From positions 2,728,001-2,792,000 of the forward strand of contig OX337229.1 of the NCBI GenBank assembly GCA_946965045.2: DNA of 64,000 nucleotides, read 5' to 3'. Within the stretch, counting starts at the first letter, position 1; each line of letters starts with the position of its first letter. Source of the stretch: Epithemia pelagica. Taxonomy: Eukaryota > Protista > Bacillariophyta. This document shows positions 11,396-21,811 of this stretch, in pieces. The translations under genes were made by a program, and so were the position numbers. A model generated the notes under the pieces. That model was not told the DNA's origin and made no database searches. It was given only the letters and a program-made list of their open reading frames with translations.

Positions 11396-12544
11396 ATGAA
11401 ACAATCGAATACTGCGATCCTCACAGCTCTTATCGCTGCTTTACCATGGGTTGGAAGTGGGTTCGTTGTCGGTCCATACGCGTCTTTGCCCTCTGCCACA
11501 GTGGCGTCGCATCAGCCGTTGACACCACGCCGCCGCCAAGAAGCAACGTCCCTCAGCCTCATTGGCTATCGGAACAAGGGTGTTCTTCAAAAGGACGAAG
11601 ATAACGATGATGAAGACCTTCCCACCGAAGTTGGTGAAGTCAAGGGCATTGATCGCACCTGGACGGATGGTGATTTCGTACCGGGTGGCGAAATTGACAT
11701 GGACGTGTTCTACCCCGAAGATTCTTCTGGTCCAAAGGGCGCTGTCTTCTTCATGCATGGATTTTCTCAGTATCCCAAGGCATATGCCAAGACGTTGCGA
11801 AAACTGGCAAGTCAGGCCGACGTGGTTGTATTTGCGGTCGAAACGGGCGTGACAACCAACGTGTCGCAAGGGCCCTTGTTTTCAAACCAGCAATTCTGGT
11901 TGCAACGTGCAGTGAGTTCCGACACCATTCAACTCATTGAAATGATGAAGGACGGCGAGTTTTCGGATATCGTTGACAAGGACGTGCCGGTGGGTCTCTG
12001 TGGTCACAGTATGGGAGGCGGTTTGTGCTTTTACGTGGCCGACCAATTCCCCAATGACATTGATTACGTCTTTGCCATGGCACCCGCCTACGGTGTGGCG
12101 CCCTTTGATCCAGTGAATGCAACCAAAAAGACGGTAGCCGCCAACTCCCTCCTTTTGGCCGGATCGTGGGATTTGATTGCGCCCGCTGACAAGGTGGAAA
12201 CATTGGTTGTGAACTCCAACAAGAAGGATCCCGAGTCCTCCATTTATGGGTTAATCAAGCGTGGCATCCATACGGGGTTCGAAGACAGATTGGTCATTAT
12301 CAATATCCCCTTGACGTTTATTTTGGCATTTATTCTCAAGGTGGACTCGATTTTGGAATATCTATTGCTCAGGCTCTTTACCTTTATTCGAACTAGCACG
12401 GGTCAATTGGAGATTACGAACGAACTCATGACCTTCTTTTTCCAGCAAATGGTTGCAGGTAACAAGGTCACCTTGGAGGACGCCATGAATGCTGTATCGG
12501 AAGACCTGAAGGACAAGATCACAATGAGCTCACCCTCCGTATAA
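11396..12544 (+). CDS. Alpha/beta hydrolase, chlorophyllase-like, probable bipartite plastid presequence
   Basis: MHGFSQ oxyanion motif, GHSMGGG nucleophile elbow, GSWD acid, GIHTGF His. N-terminus MKQSNTAILTALIAALPWVGSG-F resembles a signal peptide + F cleavage motif. Confidence 0.7.
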   Translation: MKQSNTAILTALIAALPWVGSGFVVGPYASLPSATVASHQPLTPRRRQEATSLSLIGYRNKGVLQKDEDNDDEDLPTEVGEVKGIDRTWTDGDFVPGGEIDMDVFYPEDSSGPKGAVFFMHGFSQYPKAYAKTLRKLASQADVVVFAVETGVTTNVSQGPLFSNQQFWLQRAVSSDTIQLIEMMKDGEFSDIVDKDVPVGLCGHSMGGGLCFYVADQFPNDIDYVFAMAPAYGVAPFDPVNATKKTVAANSLLLAGSWDLIAPADKVETLVVNSNKKDPESSIYGLIKRGIHTGFEDRLVIINIPLTFILAFILKVDSILEYLLLRLFTFIRTSTGQLEITNELMTFFFQQMVAGNKVTLEDAMNAVSEDLKDKITMSSPSV

Positions 12545-12977
12545 TTCAGGTACTGTACTGTGGGGAAGTTGGCTTTGGGACATAGATTCAATCAAACCTG
12601 GTTATCGTTCAAGGCAAACTACGGAATTGAGACATGAATACTAGAACTACACAACTAAATACGGCAATTGGTCCAGTTTTACTAGAGGTACTCGCAAGCC
12701 GCGTTGTAGATTATGTCGGTATGCTGCCCCCTTTACAATTTCGTGCACATATTCGCGCCTTTGAATGGAATCAGAGGGGATTTGCATTTTTCCGTTCCTG
12801 TCATCCTTGCCATGTCATTCCTACAAAGAAGTACCTTTCAGAGAAATGTGATCTTATAGATTTAAGAGTAGTCTTTTCACTATTGCGTATACGAAACATG
12901 CCTCAATCTTCCAGTGGATCTATCATTGCTGCCAAACCTTTGCTCCAATCACAAGTCCTGTCGTTTGTGTGGTTTCA

Positions 12978-13655
12978 CTAGTTTTTTTCGTCGCGACTTG
13001 CATAATCACCAAACGAAAGACCATTGTTGACCACGACACCCGCAATGTTGCCTCCGAAAACTGCCGTCGATACCTGACGCAACATGGTTGTACAATCGCC
13101 CCGCTGGTCTTTTGAAAACCATCCACCTTGAGATAGCCCTTGTCATCCATGTCACATCCCAATTCCTCCATGAGAGATTTGCCATTGACTTCAAAGGGGG
13201 TCGGAGCGTAAAGCGCCTTGAGAGGAACCGTCGTTCCGTCTTCTAGGACCACTTGCTTTACCTTGCCGTTCTCATGTTGAATCTCCTTGACGGGAGAGGT
13301 CAAGAGTTCCATTCCGTTGCGGGCAAAGGTGGTCTTTTCTTCCTCGGAAAATTCCTTGCCGTGCGCAAACACTTTGCAATCCGGTGTCAGGTTGCGAACC
13401 ATGGGAATAATGTGCAAAATCGGCACCGGGAAGACACAAAATTCCCGTGGATTGAGAATGATACTCGTATCCATGACAATAGGGACAGTGAATCACGGAT
13501 ACGCCCCAACAGTCGACAAAGCCAGGAATGTCCGGCATTTGATCCTTGATGCCTGTCGCAAAAATGACATTTTTGGACTCGTACTTGCTGCCGGCTTCGG
13601 TGGTAATTTCAAACACACCTTCGGTCGTTTTGGAAATGGAGGAAGCACGACCTTG
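12978..13655 (-). pseudogene. 3' part of a bacterial-type thioredoxin-reductase-like NAD(P)/FAD oxidoreductase; two frameshifts
   Basis: VIFATGIKD, HCPYCHGYE and, in a third frame, GDCTTMLRQVSTAVFGGNIAGVVVN…EKN*. Frame changes near 13410 and near 13100. Confidence 0.88.
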
Positions 13656-14054
13656 AGTTATGGAAATCTATGTGCACAACGGTCAACGGCTATAACGCAC
13701 CACCGTATGTGTGACACATTATGTGCAACACACAATGTGCATCGCACCTCAGTCGATCACACATTATGTGTTAGCAATCACACATTGTGTGTTAGCAATT
13801 TTCCTTGGTCAGTTAGTCTATGTGCATCTCATGTGCTACATGGACTATACATGTGGATGCGTTCTAGTTTGAAAAATCACAAGAGTCGTCGTTCGAAATA
13901 ACTTTAGTCTAATGCTCACAATCTTAGAAATTGTCCAAATTGCATTACCATCGTATCATCATCGTTCTACTGGCTTGACCTCACGAGCTTGATCACCTCA
14001 AGAGCTCAAGCTAGTCTACAGTAAGTGTTACTGCTATCTAAGTTTTCCTTCGCT
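13656..14054 (+). repeat. 5' LTR of copia element 2 (AG...CT termini)
   Basis: Direct repeat of 21413-21811. Confidence 0.95.
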
Positions 14055-14069
14055 GGTTCTGAGCCCAAG
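14055..14069 (+). promoter_or_regulatory. Putative primer-binding site GGTTCTGAGCCCAAG (half-tRNA iMet type)
   Basis: Immediately follows the 5' LTR. Resembles the GGTTATGGGCCCAG PBS of Drosophila copia/Ty5, which pairs with the anticodon arm of a cleaved tRNAiMet. Confidence 0.6.
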
Positions 14070-14454
14070 ATAGTGCCTAGCCAAGCCGACGCAACTCTGC
14101 ATCCTCGAGTGAAACGTTTCCACCATCGAAGACATCTCACCCACAAGCACTGGAAGCTCGTTTAGCTTTCTCGATCTGTGGGGAGAACAACAAGATCCTA
14201 CCGACCCCAACCAAGGTCCAACCGATCGTCCAGCTCCAAACCAAGGTCCGACCGACACTAGCGCTAACCAAGATCCCATCGACTCCTCCAATCCAAGTCC
14301 AACCGATCTAAACCGTCCAACCGACCGAAACCCCCGTCCAACTCGTCCAACTGTCGATACCACTCTGCCTCCAACTGGTGCTCCACCCTCTGGCTATCAA
14401 GACTTCAACCGAGACCCCACTGACCCAACTGAGCATCCAACCGAGCCTCCAACC

Positions 14455-17400
14455 ATGACGGAATCCCGAGACTACACTCCGTTCAAACCTACCCCTCCGA
14501 AGATGGGTGGTCTGATCCAAGTCAAGCATGATCTCTTCTCCGCTTGGACCGGTGGCAAACCCAAGGACAAATGGGAAGATGGCCTTGTCACCCCTGATGG
14601 ATACCAGCAACCATCCCAGCAGCGACCCTCTTATGATGACAAGGGTTTTACTACTCGGTGCACGGGATTTGACACCAAGTTTGACAAGACCGACAACCTC
14701 CAGCTCTTTTCAAGGAATTTGTTGGATCATTTTCAGACTCATGGGATGGATTCCATCACGTACCTACCCGACCCTTCCGACGGTAGCATGGTTTGCGCCC
14801 TGACCCACCACACCAGGTTCACTGTGGACGCCGTCAAGACTTCGATCGAACCTCAACTCAAGGAATACGATCAGTACGACAAGTCCAACGATCGCGGCGC
14901 TCGTCTCACATTGTTGGATAGCTTGACTCCGAAGCTTTGTCTCGAAATGGAAGAACGCATGCCCGATGAACCGAACTTTCCCCTCCTCTGGATGATGCTC
15001 ATTCAGATCATCCAGAGTGACTCCATGGGAAAATTCGCTCGTATAGAAGCCGAGATCAAGTCCCAACACCCGAAGCAATATGCCGGTCAGAACATTGCTG
15101 AAATGGCTCTCGCCATTTCCAGCCGCGCCACTACGTTGCACACCGCCGGCCTCTTCAACCACCAGTTGAATGCCACGATTCTCAAGCAATTCCTCATGGC
15201 CGATGGGAATAATGAGTATCGCTTTGAGTTGATGAAGGTTCAATCCAAACTGAACAAGGCCTTGAAACAAGAACGCTTCATGACCGACAAGACAGCTGCG
15301 AACGATTACCTGAACAACCTTGGCCTTGGCTTTCGCCAGATCTGCCAACTCGCTGAAGACAAGTATCGTGAGGCTTTGGGCGATGGCGATTGGCCACCTG
15401 CTCGTAACAACAGGGACTCCAAACTTCCCCCCGCCGGCTACTACTCTGCGACTGAGTTGAACGCCCTCGTTCAACATTTCTCCTCGTCGTCCACCAAGTC
15501 CAAGCAGTCTGGCGGTTGTTACATCTGCGGTGCCCCCGACCATTGGGCAGCCGACTGCCCCCACAAGCAAGACTCTGCTTCTGGCCGTCACTCCGGTTCT
15601 CGTCCTCCTCGTGGTGGTGGTCGTGGTGGTCGTAGTGGTCGTGGTGGTCGTGGTGGTCGCGGACGTCGCGATTCTCGTGGACACCACCAAGGACGCTCTG
15701 GTCGTGGTGGTGGAGGGAGAGGACTCCCAAATCGCTCCTCCCGCACACGCGAATTGGCCCCGTGGCGTACCGTCCCTCCTCCGCCAGGCACTCCTGAAAC
15801 CAAGGAGTACAATGGTCGCACCTTCCACTGGTGTGCCAAATGCACTCCACCATGCTGGAACACGACGCATTCCACGTCCCAACACCGTGGTTCCACCAAC
15901 GAAACCCACCAAGCCAACACTGGATCCGTCTCCCAGGCACGACCGCTCCCCTTGGACCCGTCTGCCTGGATGGTTGATTGTGATGTCCGAAGCTTGAATT
16001 TTGAGGATTGGACTCCAGTCGTCAATGGCTCCACCAAGCAACCGCCGACTGCCTGCTCCCCTGTCCCTGTCAGCAACTCGTTCGCCCTTTTGACCCTTTC
16101 TGTTGACAACAAGGAAACCAAACCGTCTGCTCTGGAAGACGACGCGATGGATTCCAAGCCTCCTGCCCTCAAGGATCCACCGGTTCGCGTCGTTACAGTC
16201 CTCAACGACTCCGACGACACTCCTCCAGAAGACTTGCTCTACCCGTCTGAGGAATTTCCTCACTCTCTTCCCGAAGCCCACAACCTTGCCGTTGCAGTCA
16301 CTCCCAGCCCTCAAGCCGTAACCACCTCCACTCACAAGAAACGTCCTCGTCGTGTCATGCCTCCTAGTCCATTCGTTCATCGCTCCACCAAGAAAACCAA
16401 GAAAAACAAGTCTCCAAAGCACAAATCTCCACGTTCCACCAAGTCGCCACCCTCCAAGAACCCGTTTGTTAGTTCCAAAAGAAAGAACCATCCGCCTCCG
16501 TCTCACCACAGGACTCCAGCGTCGCGCCATTCGACACCTCGTTTTGACACTCTTTGGTGTGACACTTGTTCTCCTGTTGACAGTCCCAAGATCTTTCGTC
16601 CTCCGTCACCAGCACGTTGCACACCAAAGATTTCGAACCGTCTGCCTTCTTCGGCTTCTCCGAATCTTTCCAGTCGCACAACCCGTGGCCACTCTTCACT
16701 CCACAGCAACTCGACCACTTCTCGTCCGTCGTCTGTCACGATTTTGGATACTCTTGTTGTGTTTCTCATTCTTTGGTTTGTCCTTTGGATCTTCACCCTT
16801 CCAAGCGCTACCTTGTGGACCTTCATTACCATCTTTCCTGGTCTTTGTCTCTGGATCGGATGCACTGGCATTGTCCTTGCTTTGTGCCACAAGTTGGAGT
16901 TTGTTCATATTCAAGCCCTCACGTCTCCTCTTGGTCGTCAGATTCGTGCCTTCGCCGATGCCGCTCCGCCACCGTCGCCATCTCGACGTGGTTCCCAATT
17001 CACCTCCGTTGCCCCCGGTGGCGCCACACATCCTCGCCGATCCCGTGCCTACCCCCTCCGTCTTCGCCGTCACCAAGCCCACCTGGACAACACTCCCCCG
17101 CCGATGTTGTCGCACCTGGTCAATCCGATACGCCAGTTGATTACCGATTGTCTTTTCGTCGTGGTCTCTCGTCGCCGTGTGGTTCAACTCCTTCGCCGAT
17201 GTTGCTCTTGGTTGAGTCGTGTCGCCAACGCTTTGTTAGAGGGAGAAGCAACCATCCACAACACCAACACTTGCGTTCCTGACACAACAAAACGTCGACG
17301 CCAACTCCGTGGTGATCGCATCCGTCGCCAACGACACCGTCGCCAATTCATTCACCAACAACGACGCCGTGGTTTTCGTCCTACAAGTCAACGACAATCT

Positions 17401-19392
17401 CCACCTCGTCCTGTTGGTTGGCCACACAACGTTCCACCAAACCGTCGCTTTGATTTCAACGTCCCCAAAAACGTCGCCAAACCTCCGTTTGGTTCACCTC
17501 TCCGTCCATCCAAGCACCCAAAATATCCACCATCTGCTGCTGCCTTCATGTTTTCTCAGGCTGATGCTGACGCCCTACTCAAAGCCAGCCTTCAGTCTCC
17601 TACACAACTACGAGCGGCCATGCCCGACGGAGCGTGCTACCCTATCGTTTGGGATTCGGGTGCCAGTGTCTCGATGAGTTTCTGTGAGGACGACTTCCAT
17701 GGTACCTTGGATACCTCTCCAGAAACAGTGGAACAACTCAAAGTCAACGGTATTGCAAGTGATGTTGAAGTGAAAGGACGAGGAACCGTCCTGTGGCATG
17801 TTTTGGATACATCAGGAATGCTCAGAGCGCTGAAAGTGCCTGCCCTATACATCCCAGAGGCCAAGATCCGCCTCCTCAGCACTTCCAGTCTCCTTCAAAC
17901 CTACCAAGGAGAAACCATCTCCATCAATCCACGTGGTTTGACTCTTAGCGGTGTCAAGAAAGACAAGTTTCGCCGCTCGATTGATGTCCTCCTCAACCCC
18001 GTCAACAACCTACCAACTTCCTACGGTTACGACACTCAAGGACTCAAAGCAGCCACTGCGACTTTGGCCAACACTATCACTACGGTACACAACAACAACA
18101 TCAACCTAAACCCAGTCCAACGAGAATTGATGAAATGGCACATACGATTCGGCCATATCAACTTCAAGGCAGTGCAATTCCTCATGCACACGGGCGTCCT
18201 TGCCACCTCGGAGGCACAACGAAAACTCCATGCCCAGGCAAGTCGATTGACCCATCCTCCAATGTGTGCTGCCTGCCAGTTTGGCAAACAACACCAACGA
18301 TCAGCACCAGGACGAACTACAAAGGTCGAATCAGCTAGAGATGGCGCCTTGAAACGAGACCACCTCCTACCAGGACAATGCATTGCCGTCGATCACTTTG
18401 TTTGTTCGACCAAAGGACGGCTGTTTGAGTCAAAAGGCAAAACAAAAGACGACCGCATGTACTGTGGAGGAGCCATCTTCGTCGATATGGCAAGCGGACA
18501 TGTGGATTGCATCTTCCAAACCCATTTGAGCACACATGAAACGCTCAAAGCCAAGGAATCGTTCGAATTGAAGTGTCGTGACGTCGGTGTGGTACCACAA
18601 CAATACCTATCCGACAATGGCTCTGCCTTCACATCGAAGGAATACACGAGCCACCTTCAACAATTTCGGCAAATACAACAATTTGCTGGTGTGGGAGCAC
18701 ACCACCACAATGGTGTCGCTGAGCGAGCCATCCAGTCCATAATGAGCATCGCTCGAACAATGATGCTTCATTCTGCAATCCACTGGCCGGACCTTGCCGA
18801 TTCTTCGTTGTGGCCGATGGCCGTCCGACATGCCGCCTATCTTTTCAACCATGTCCCAAACCCAACAACAGGTCTCAGCCCTAACGACATTTTCACTCGA
18901 ACACGATTCGAGCACAACCGGTTTCATGACTTGCATGTATGGGGCTGCCCAGTCTACGTCCTGGACAAGAAGATTTCCAACGGCCGAAAACTTCCTAGAT
19001 GGAAACCTCGTTCCCATCGCTGTATGTTTATGGGCCTAAGCCCAAACCACGCCAGCTCCGTCCCACTCGTTCTGAATCCAAGTACTGGTGCCATCACGCC
19101 ACAATTTCACGTCGTTTTCGACGACTGGTTCGAAACCATTGCGACGGATCCCACCAATTTGCCTGACTTTCAATCGCCCGAATGGTCTCGTCTATTTGGT
19201 GACAGTACATTCCAGTTCCTTCCAGACGATGACGACGACACTGGTGGCAACCACGAAGCACCAACCACTGTTGACACTGCTGCCGCCACAACAAATCTAC
19301 AACATCAACAGCAGATTTTCCGTTCCATGGAGTCAACCGCTCCAACCCAACCTCTTCCTAGCCCTCTTCCCACCCCGGCCCCCACCCTTTGA
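14455..19392 (+). CDS. Copia gag-protease-integrase polyprotein
   Basis: CCHC knuckle CYICGAPDHWAADC; protease IVWDSGAS; pre-integrase HIRFGH…CAACQFGK; integrase VDHF, SDNGSAF, NGVAERAI. Confidence 0.95.
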   Translation: MTESRDYTPFKPTPPKMGGLIQVKHDLFSAWTGGKPKDKWEDGLVTPDGYQQPSQQRPSYDDKGFTTRCTGFDTKFDKTDNLQLFSRNLLDHFQTHGMDSITYLPDPSDGSMVCALTHHTRFTVDAVKTSIEPQLKEYDQYDKSNDRGARLTLLDSLTPKLCLEMEERMPDEPNFPLLWMMLIQIIQSDSMGKFARIEAEIKSQHPKQYAGQNIAEMALAISSRATTLHTAGLFNHQLNATILKQFLMADGNNEYRFELMKVQSKLNKALKQERFMTDKTAANDYLNNLGLGFRQICQLAEDKYREALGDGDWPPARNNRDSKLPPAGYYSATELNALVQHFSSSSTKSKQSGGCYICGAPDHWAADCPHKQDSASGRHSGSRPPRGGGRGGRSGRGGRGGRGRRDSRGHHQGRSGRGGGGRGLPNRSSRTRELAPWRTVPPPPGTPETKEYNGRTFHWCAKCTPPCWNTTHSTSQHRGSTNETHQANTGSVSQARPLPLDPSAWMVDCDVRSLNFEDWTPVVNGSTKQPPTACSPVPVSNSFALLTLSVDNKETKPSALEDDAMDSKPPALKDPPVRVVTVLNDSDDTPPEDLLYPSEEFPHSLPEAHNLAVAVTPSPQAVTTSTHKKRPRRVMPPSPFVHRSTKKTKKNKSPKHKSPRSTKSPPSKNPFVSSKRKNHPPPSHHRTPASRHSTPRFDTLWCDTCSPVDSPKIFRPPSPARCTPKISNRLPSSASPNLSSRTTRGHSSLHSNSTTSRPSSVTILDTLVVFLILWFVLWIFTLPSATLWTFITIFPGLCLWIGCTGIVLALCHKLEFVHIQALTSPLGRQIRAFADAAPPPSPSRRGSQFTSVAPGGATHPRRSRAYPLRLRRHQAHLDNTPPPMLSHLVNPIRQLITDCLFVVVSRRRVVQLLRRCCSWLSRVANALLEGEATIHNTNTCVPDTTKRRRQLRGDRIRRQRHRRQFIHQQRRRGFRPTSQRQSPPRPVGWPHNVPPNRRFDFNVPKNVAKPPFGSPLRPSKHPKYPPSAAAFMFSQADADALLKASLQSPTQLRAAMPDGACYPIVWDSGASVSMSFCEDDFHGTLDTSPETVEQLKVNGIASDVEVKGRGTVLWHVLDTSGMLRALKVPALYIPEAKIRLLSTSSLLQTYQGETISINPRGLTLSGVKKDKFRRSIDVLLNPVNNLPTSYGYDTQGLKAATATLANTITTVHNNNINLNPVQRELMKWHIRFGHINFKAVQFLMHTGVLATSEAQRKLHAQASRLTHPPMCAACQFGKQHQRSAPGRTTKVESARDGALKRDHLLPGQCIAVDHFVCSTKGRLFESKGKTKDDRMYCGGAIFVDMASGHVDCIFQTHLSTHETLKAKESFELKCRDVGVVPQQYLSDNGSAFTSKEYTSHLQQFRQIQQFAGVGAHHHNGVAERAIQSIMSIARTMMLHSAIHWPDLADSSLWPMAVRHAAYLFNHVPNPTTGLSPNDIFTRTRFEHNRFHDLHVWGCPVYVLDKKISNGRKLPRWKPRSHRCMFMGLSPNHASSVPLVLNPSTGAITPQFHVVFDDWFETIATDPTNLPDFQSPEWSRLFGDSTFQFLPDDDDDTGGNHEAPTTVDTAAATTNLQHQQQIFRSMESTAPTQPLPSPLPTPAPTL

Positions 19393-21394
19393 GGGAGCTC
19401 CGCCATCCCAGCCCTCTCCTCCGTTGGTTGTTGCTTCTGATGTTGAGCCTTCTGTCGTGGTTCCTTCTTCTCCTCCTCCCACCACTCCATCCCCTCAACA
19501 GAGGGAGAATCCACCACCACAACAACCACAATCGCCCCCTACTCCCTCCGTTCCCAAGTCTGAACCCATCTCGGCTCCCACTACAACACCAACAACCGTC
19601 TCCACAAGCCCCGTTCGACGTTCCAACCGCAACCGACGTGCACCTACTCGTCTCATCCACGACATGGACAGTAGCAAGCAATCCTACGCCAATACTCTTG
19701 CTGCCCATGCCGATGCCCATGCCGATGAACCAACACCAACCATCGCATACTACCTCCACCATGTTCTGCTCCAACAGTCCAACCTCTTCAACCTCGAGGT
19801 TTGTAAGGCCGCGGTTTCTGATCCCGACATCTTCTCCTTTGACGACATTTTGACTCTTTCAGACTTGCCTCAGTGGAAGGCCGCCGCCCAAAAGGAGATT
19901 GGAGCACTTGAACTCAAGGGCACGTGGATTGAAGTCCCGCTTACGGACGCTACATCCAAAGTACTCCCCGGTACATGGGTGTTCAAGTACAAACGGAGTC
20001 CGACAGGTGAAATCAAGAAGCACAAGGCGCGGTATTGTGTAAGAGGCGATCTGCAAGAGGGAGAGTTCGAGACGTTTGCTCCTGTTGTCTCTTGGAGCAC
20101 CATTCGTCTTGTCCTTATCTTTGCACTCACACAGAATTGGATTCTCATTTGTGTTGACTTTTCGAACGCTTTCGTTCAAGCCACGCTAAAGGAACCTGTA
20201 TGGATCCACCTACCTCGTGGATACCGCTCGTCCAAGCCGTTCCCAACTTGTCTCAAATTGAAGAAAAGTCTCTACGGTCTGTCGGTGGCTCCCAGACTAT
20301 GGTATGAGCATCTACGAGACGCCCTTTTGGAAGACGGTTTCAAACAGAGTGATCATGACATTTGCCTATTCCTTAAAGCAAACATGATCGTGTTCCTCTA
20401 CGTTGATGACTGCGGCGTCGCTGCTCCAAAGCAAAAGGACATCGATGATTTTGTCGCTCGGTTGAACAAGAAAGGGTTTGAGCTAACCCAAGATGGTGAC
20501 TTTGCGGAGTACCTTGGTATCAAATTTGTGGTCGACAAGAAGGCAAACACCATCACCATGACACAACCCGGCTTAATCAGCAAGATTGTCCAAGCAACAC
20601 AAATGGACAACTGCAACCCAAACAAAACACCAGCCTCGACGACTGCACTCGGGTCCGATCCCACTGGCCCTCCAATGAAAGAAGCTTGGTCCTATCCTTC
20701 GGTCATTGGAATGCTCTTGTACTTGTCAACGAATACTCGGCCTGACATCGCTTTCGCCGTCAGCCAAGTTGCGCGCTTTGGATCCCAACCCAAACAATCC
20801 CATGCCTCTGCTGTGAAGATGATCGTTCGATACTTATCCGGCACCGTCAACCGTGGAACAATCTTCACACCCAACAACAACTACAAGATTGATTGTTATG
20901 TCGACGCGGACTTTGCCGGCTTGCACGGCAGAGAGGACCAAGACAACCCAACAAGTGCAAAGTCGAGGACAGGCTATATCCTCTTCTTCTGTGGTAGCCC
21001 GCTCTTGTGGAAGTCTAAACTCCAGACCGAAACGGCCCTCTCAACATTCCATGCTGAGTACGTCGCCTTGTCTGCCGCCATGCGACAATTGATAGTGGTT
21101 CAACGAGTTCTCCAGGACATGGTCGCTTGCCTTCCTTTCACCACCGACACACCCCAGATTCTTGCAGAGGTTTTCGAAGACAACAACTCGGCCTTCCTTC
21201 TCGCGAACAATCAACGCCTCACTGATCGATCCAAGTGGCTCAACTGCAAGTTACACTTCTTCTGGGAATACGTCAATGATGGTTTCGCCAAGGTTTCGAA
21301 AATCTCCACCCATGACCAACGTGCCGACTATCTCACGAAAGGTTTGGTCGCTGAAAAGTTTATCGCGAATCGGAAGCAGAACCAAGGTTGGTGA
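19388..21394 (+). CDS. Copia RT-RNaseH, in the +1 frame relative to gag-PR-IN
   Basis: KARYCVRGDLQ, VDFSNAFVQA, LYGLSVAPRLW, LYVDD, YVDADFAG, ALSTFHAEY, ADYLTK. Confidence 0.95.
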   Translation, partial: FEGAPPSQPSPPLVVASDVEPSVVVPSSPPPTTPSPQQRENPPPQQPQSPPTPSVPKSEPISAPTTTPTTVSTSPVRRSNRNRRAPTRLIHDMDSSKQSYANTLAAHADAHADEPTPTIAYYLHHVLLQQSNLFNLEVCKAAVSDPDIFSFDDILTLSDLPQWKAAAQKEIGALELKGTWIEVPLTDATSKVLPGTWVFKYKRSPTGEIKKHKARYCVRGDLQEGEFETFAPVVSWSTIRLVLIFALTQNWILICVDFSNAFVQATLKEPVWIHLPRGYRSSKPFPTCLKLKKSLYGLSVAPRLWYEHLRDALLEDGFKQSDHDICLFLKANMIVFLYVDDCGVAAPKQKDIDDFVARLNKKGFELTQDGDFAEYLGIKFVVDKKANTITMTQPGLISKIVQATQMDNCNPNKTPASTTALGSDPTGPPMKEAWSYPSVIGMLLYLSTNTRPDIAFAVSQVARFGSQPKQSHASAVKMIVRYLSGTVNRGTIFTPNNNYKIDCYVDADFAGLHGREDQDNPTSAKSRTGYILFFCGSPLLWKSKLQTETALSTFHAEYVALSAAMRQLIVVQRVLQDMVACLPFTTDTPQILAEVFEDNNSAFLLANNQRLTDRSKWLNCKLHFFWEYVNDGFAKVSKISTHDQRADYLTKGLVAEKFIANRKQNQGW

Positions 21395-21403
21395 CACCAT
21401 TGT

Positions 21404-21412
21404 GAGAGGGAG
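21404..21412 (+). promoter_or_regulatory. Polypurine tract GAGAGGGAG
   Basis: Purine run directly abutting the 3' LTR. Confidence 0.75.
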
Positions 21413-21811
21413 AGTTATGGAAATCTATGTGCACAACGGTCAACGGCTATAACGCACCACCGTATGTGTGACACATTATGTGCAACACACAATGTGCATC
21501 GCACCTCAGTCGATCACACATTATGTGTTAGCAATCACACATTGTGTGTTAGCAATTTTCTTTGGTCAGTTAGTCTATGTGCATCTCATGTGCTACATGG
21601 ACTATACATGTGGATGCGTTCTAGTTTGAAAAATCACAAGAGTCGTCGTTCGAAATAACTTTAGTCTAATGCTCACAATCTTAGAAATTGTCCAAATTGC
21701 ATTACCATCGTATCATCATCGTTCTACTGGCTTGACCTCACGAGCTTGATCACCTCAAGAGCTCAAGCTAGTCTACAGTAAGTGTTACTGCTATCTAAGT
21801 TTTCCTTCGCT
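21413..21811 (+). repeat. 3' LTR of copia element 2
   Basis: Direct repeat of 13656-14054. Confidence 0.95.

Larger units (their letters stand above)
13656..21811 (+). mobile_element. Full-length Ty1/copia LTR retrotransposon (CoDi-type), 8156 bp, inserted into the oxidoreductase gene
   Basis: 399-bp LTRs with one mismatch seen, 5-bp TSD CCTTG (13651-13655, 21812-21816), PBS-like site at 14055, PPT 21404-21412, gag-PR-IN-RT-RH order. Confidence 0.97.

Noticed and set aside
14764-16530. 588-aa antisense ORF within copia element 2 (and similar long shadow ORFs in GC-rich genes)
   Set aside because: It is the reverse-strand shadow of a biased-codon gag, with low-complexity translation and no recognisable motifs.
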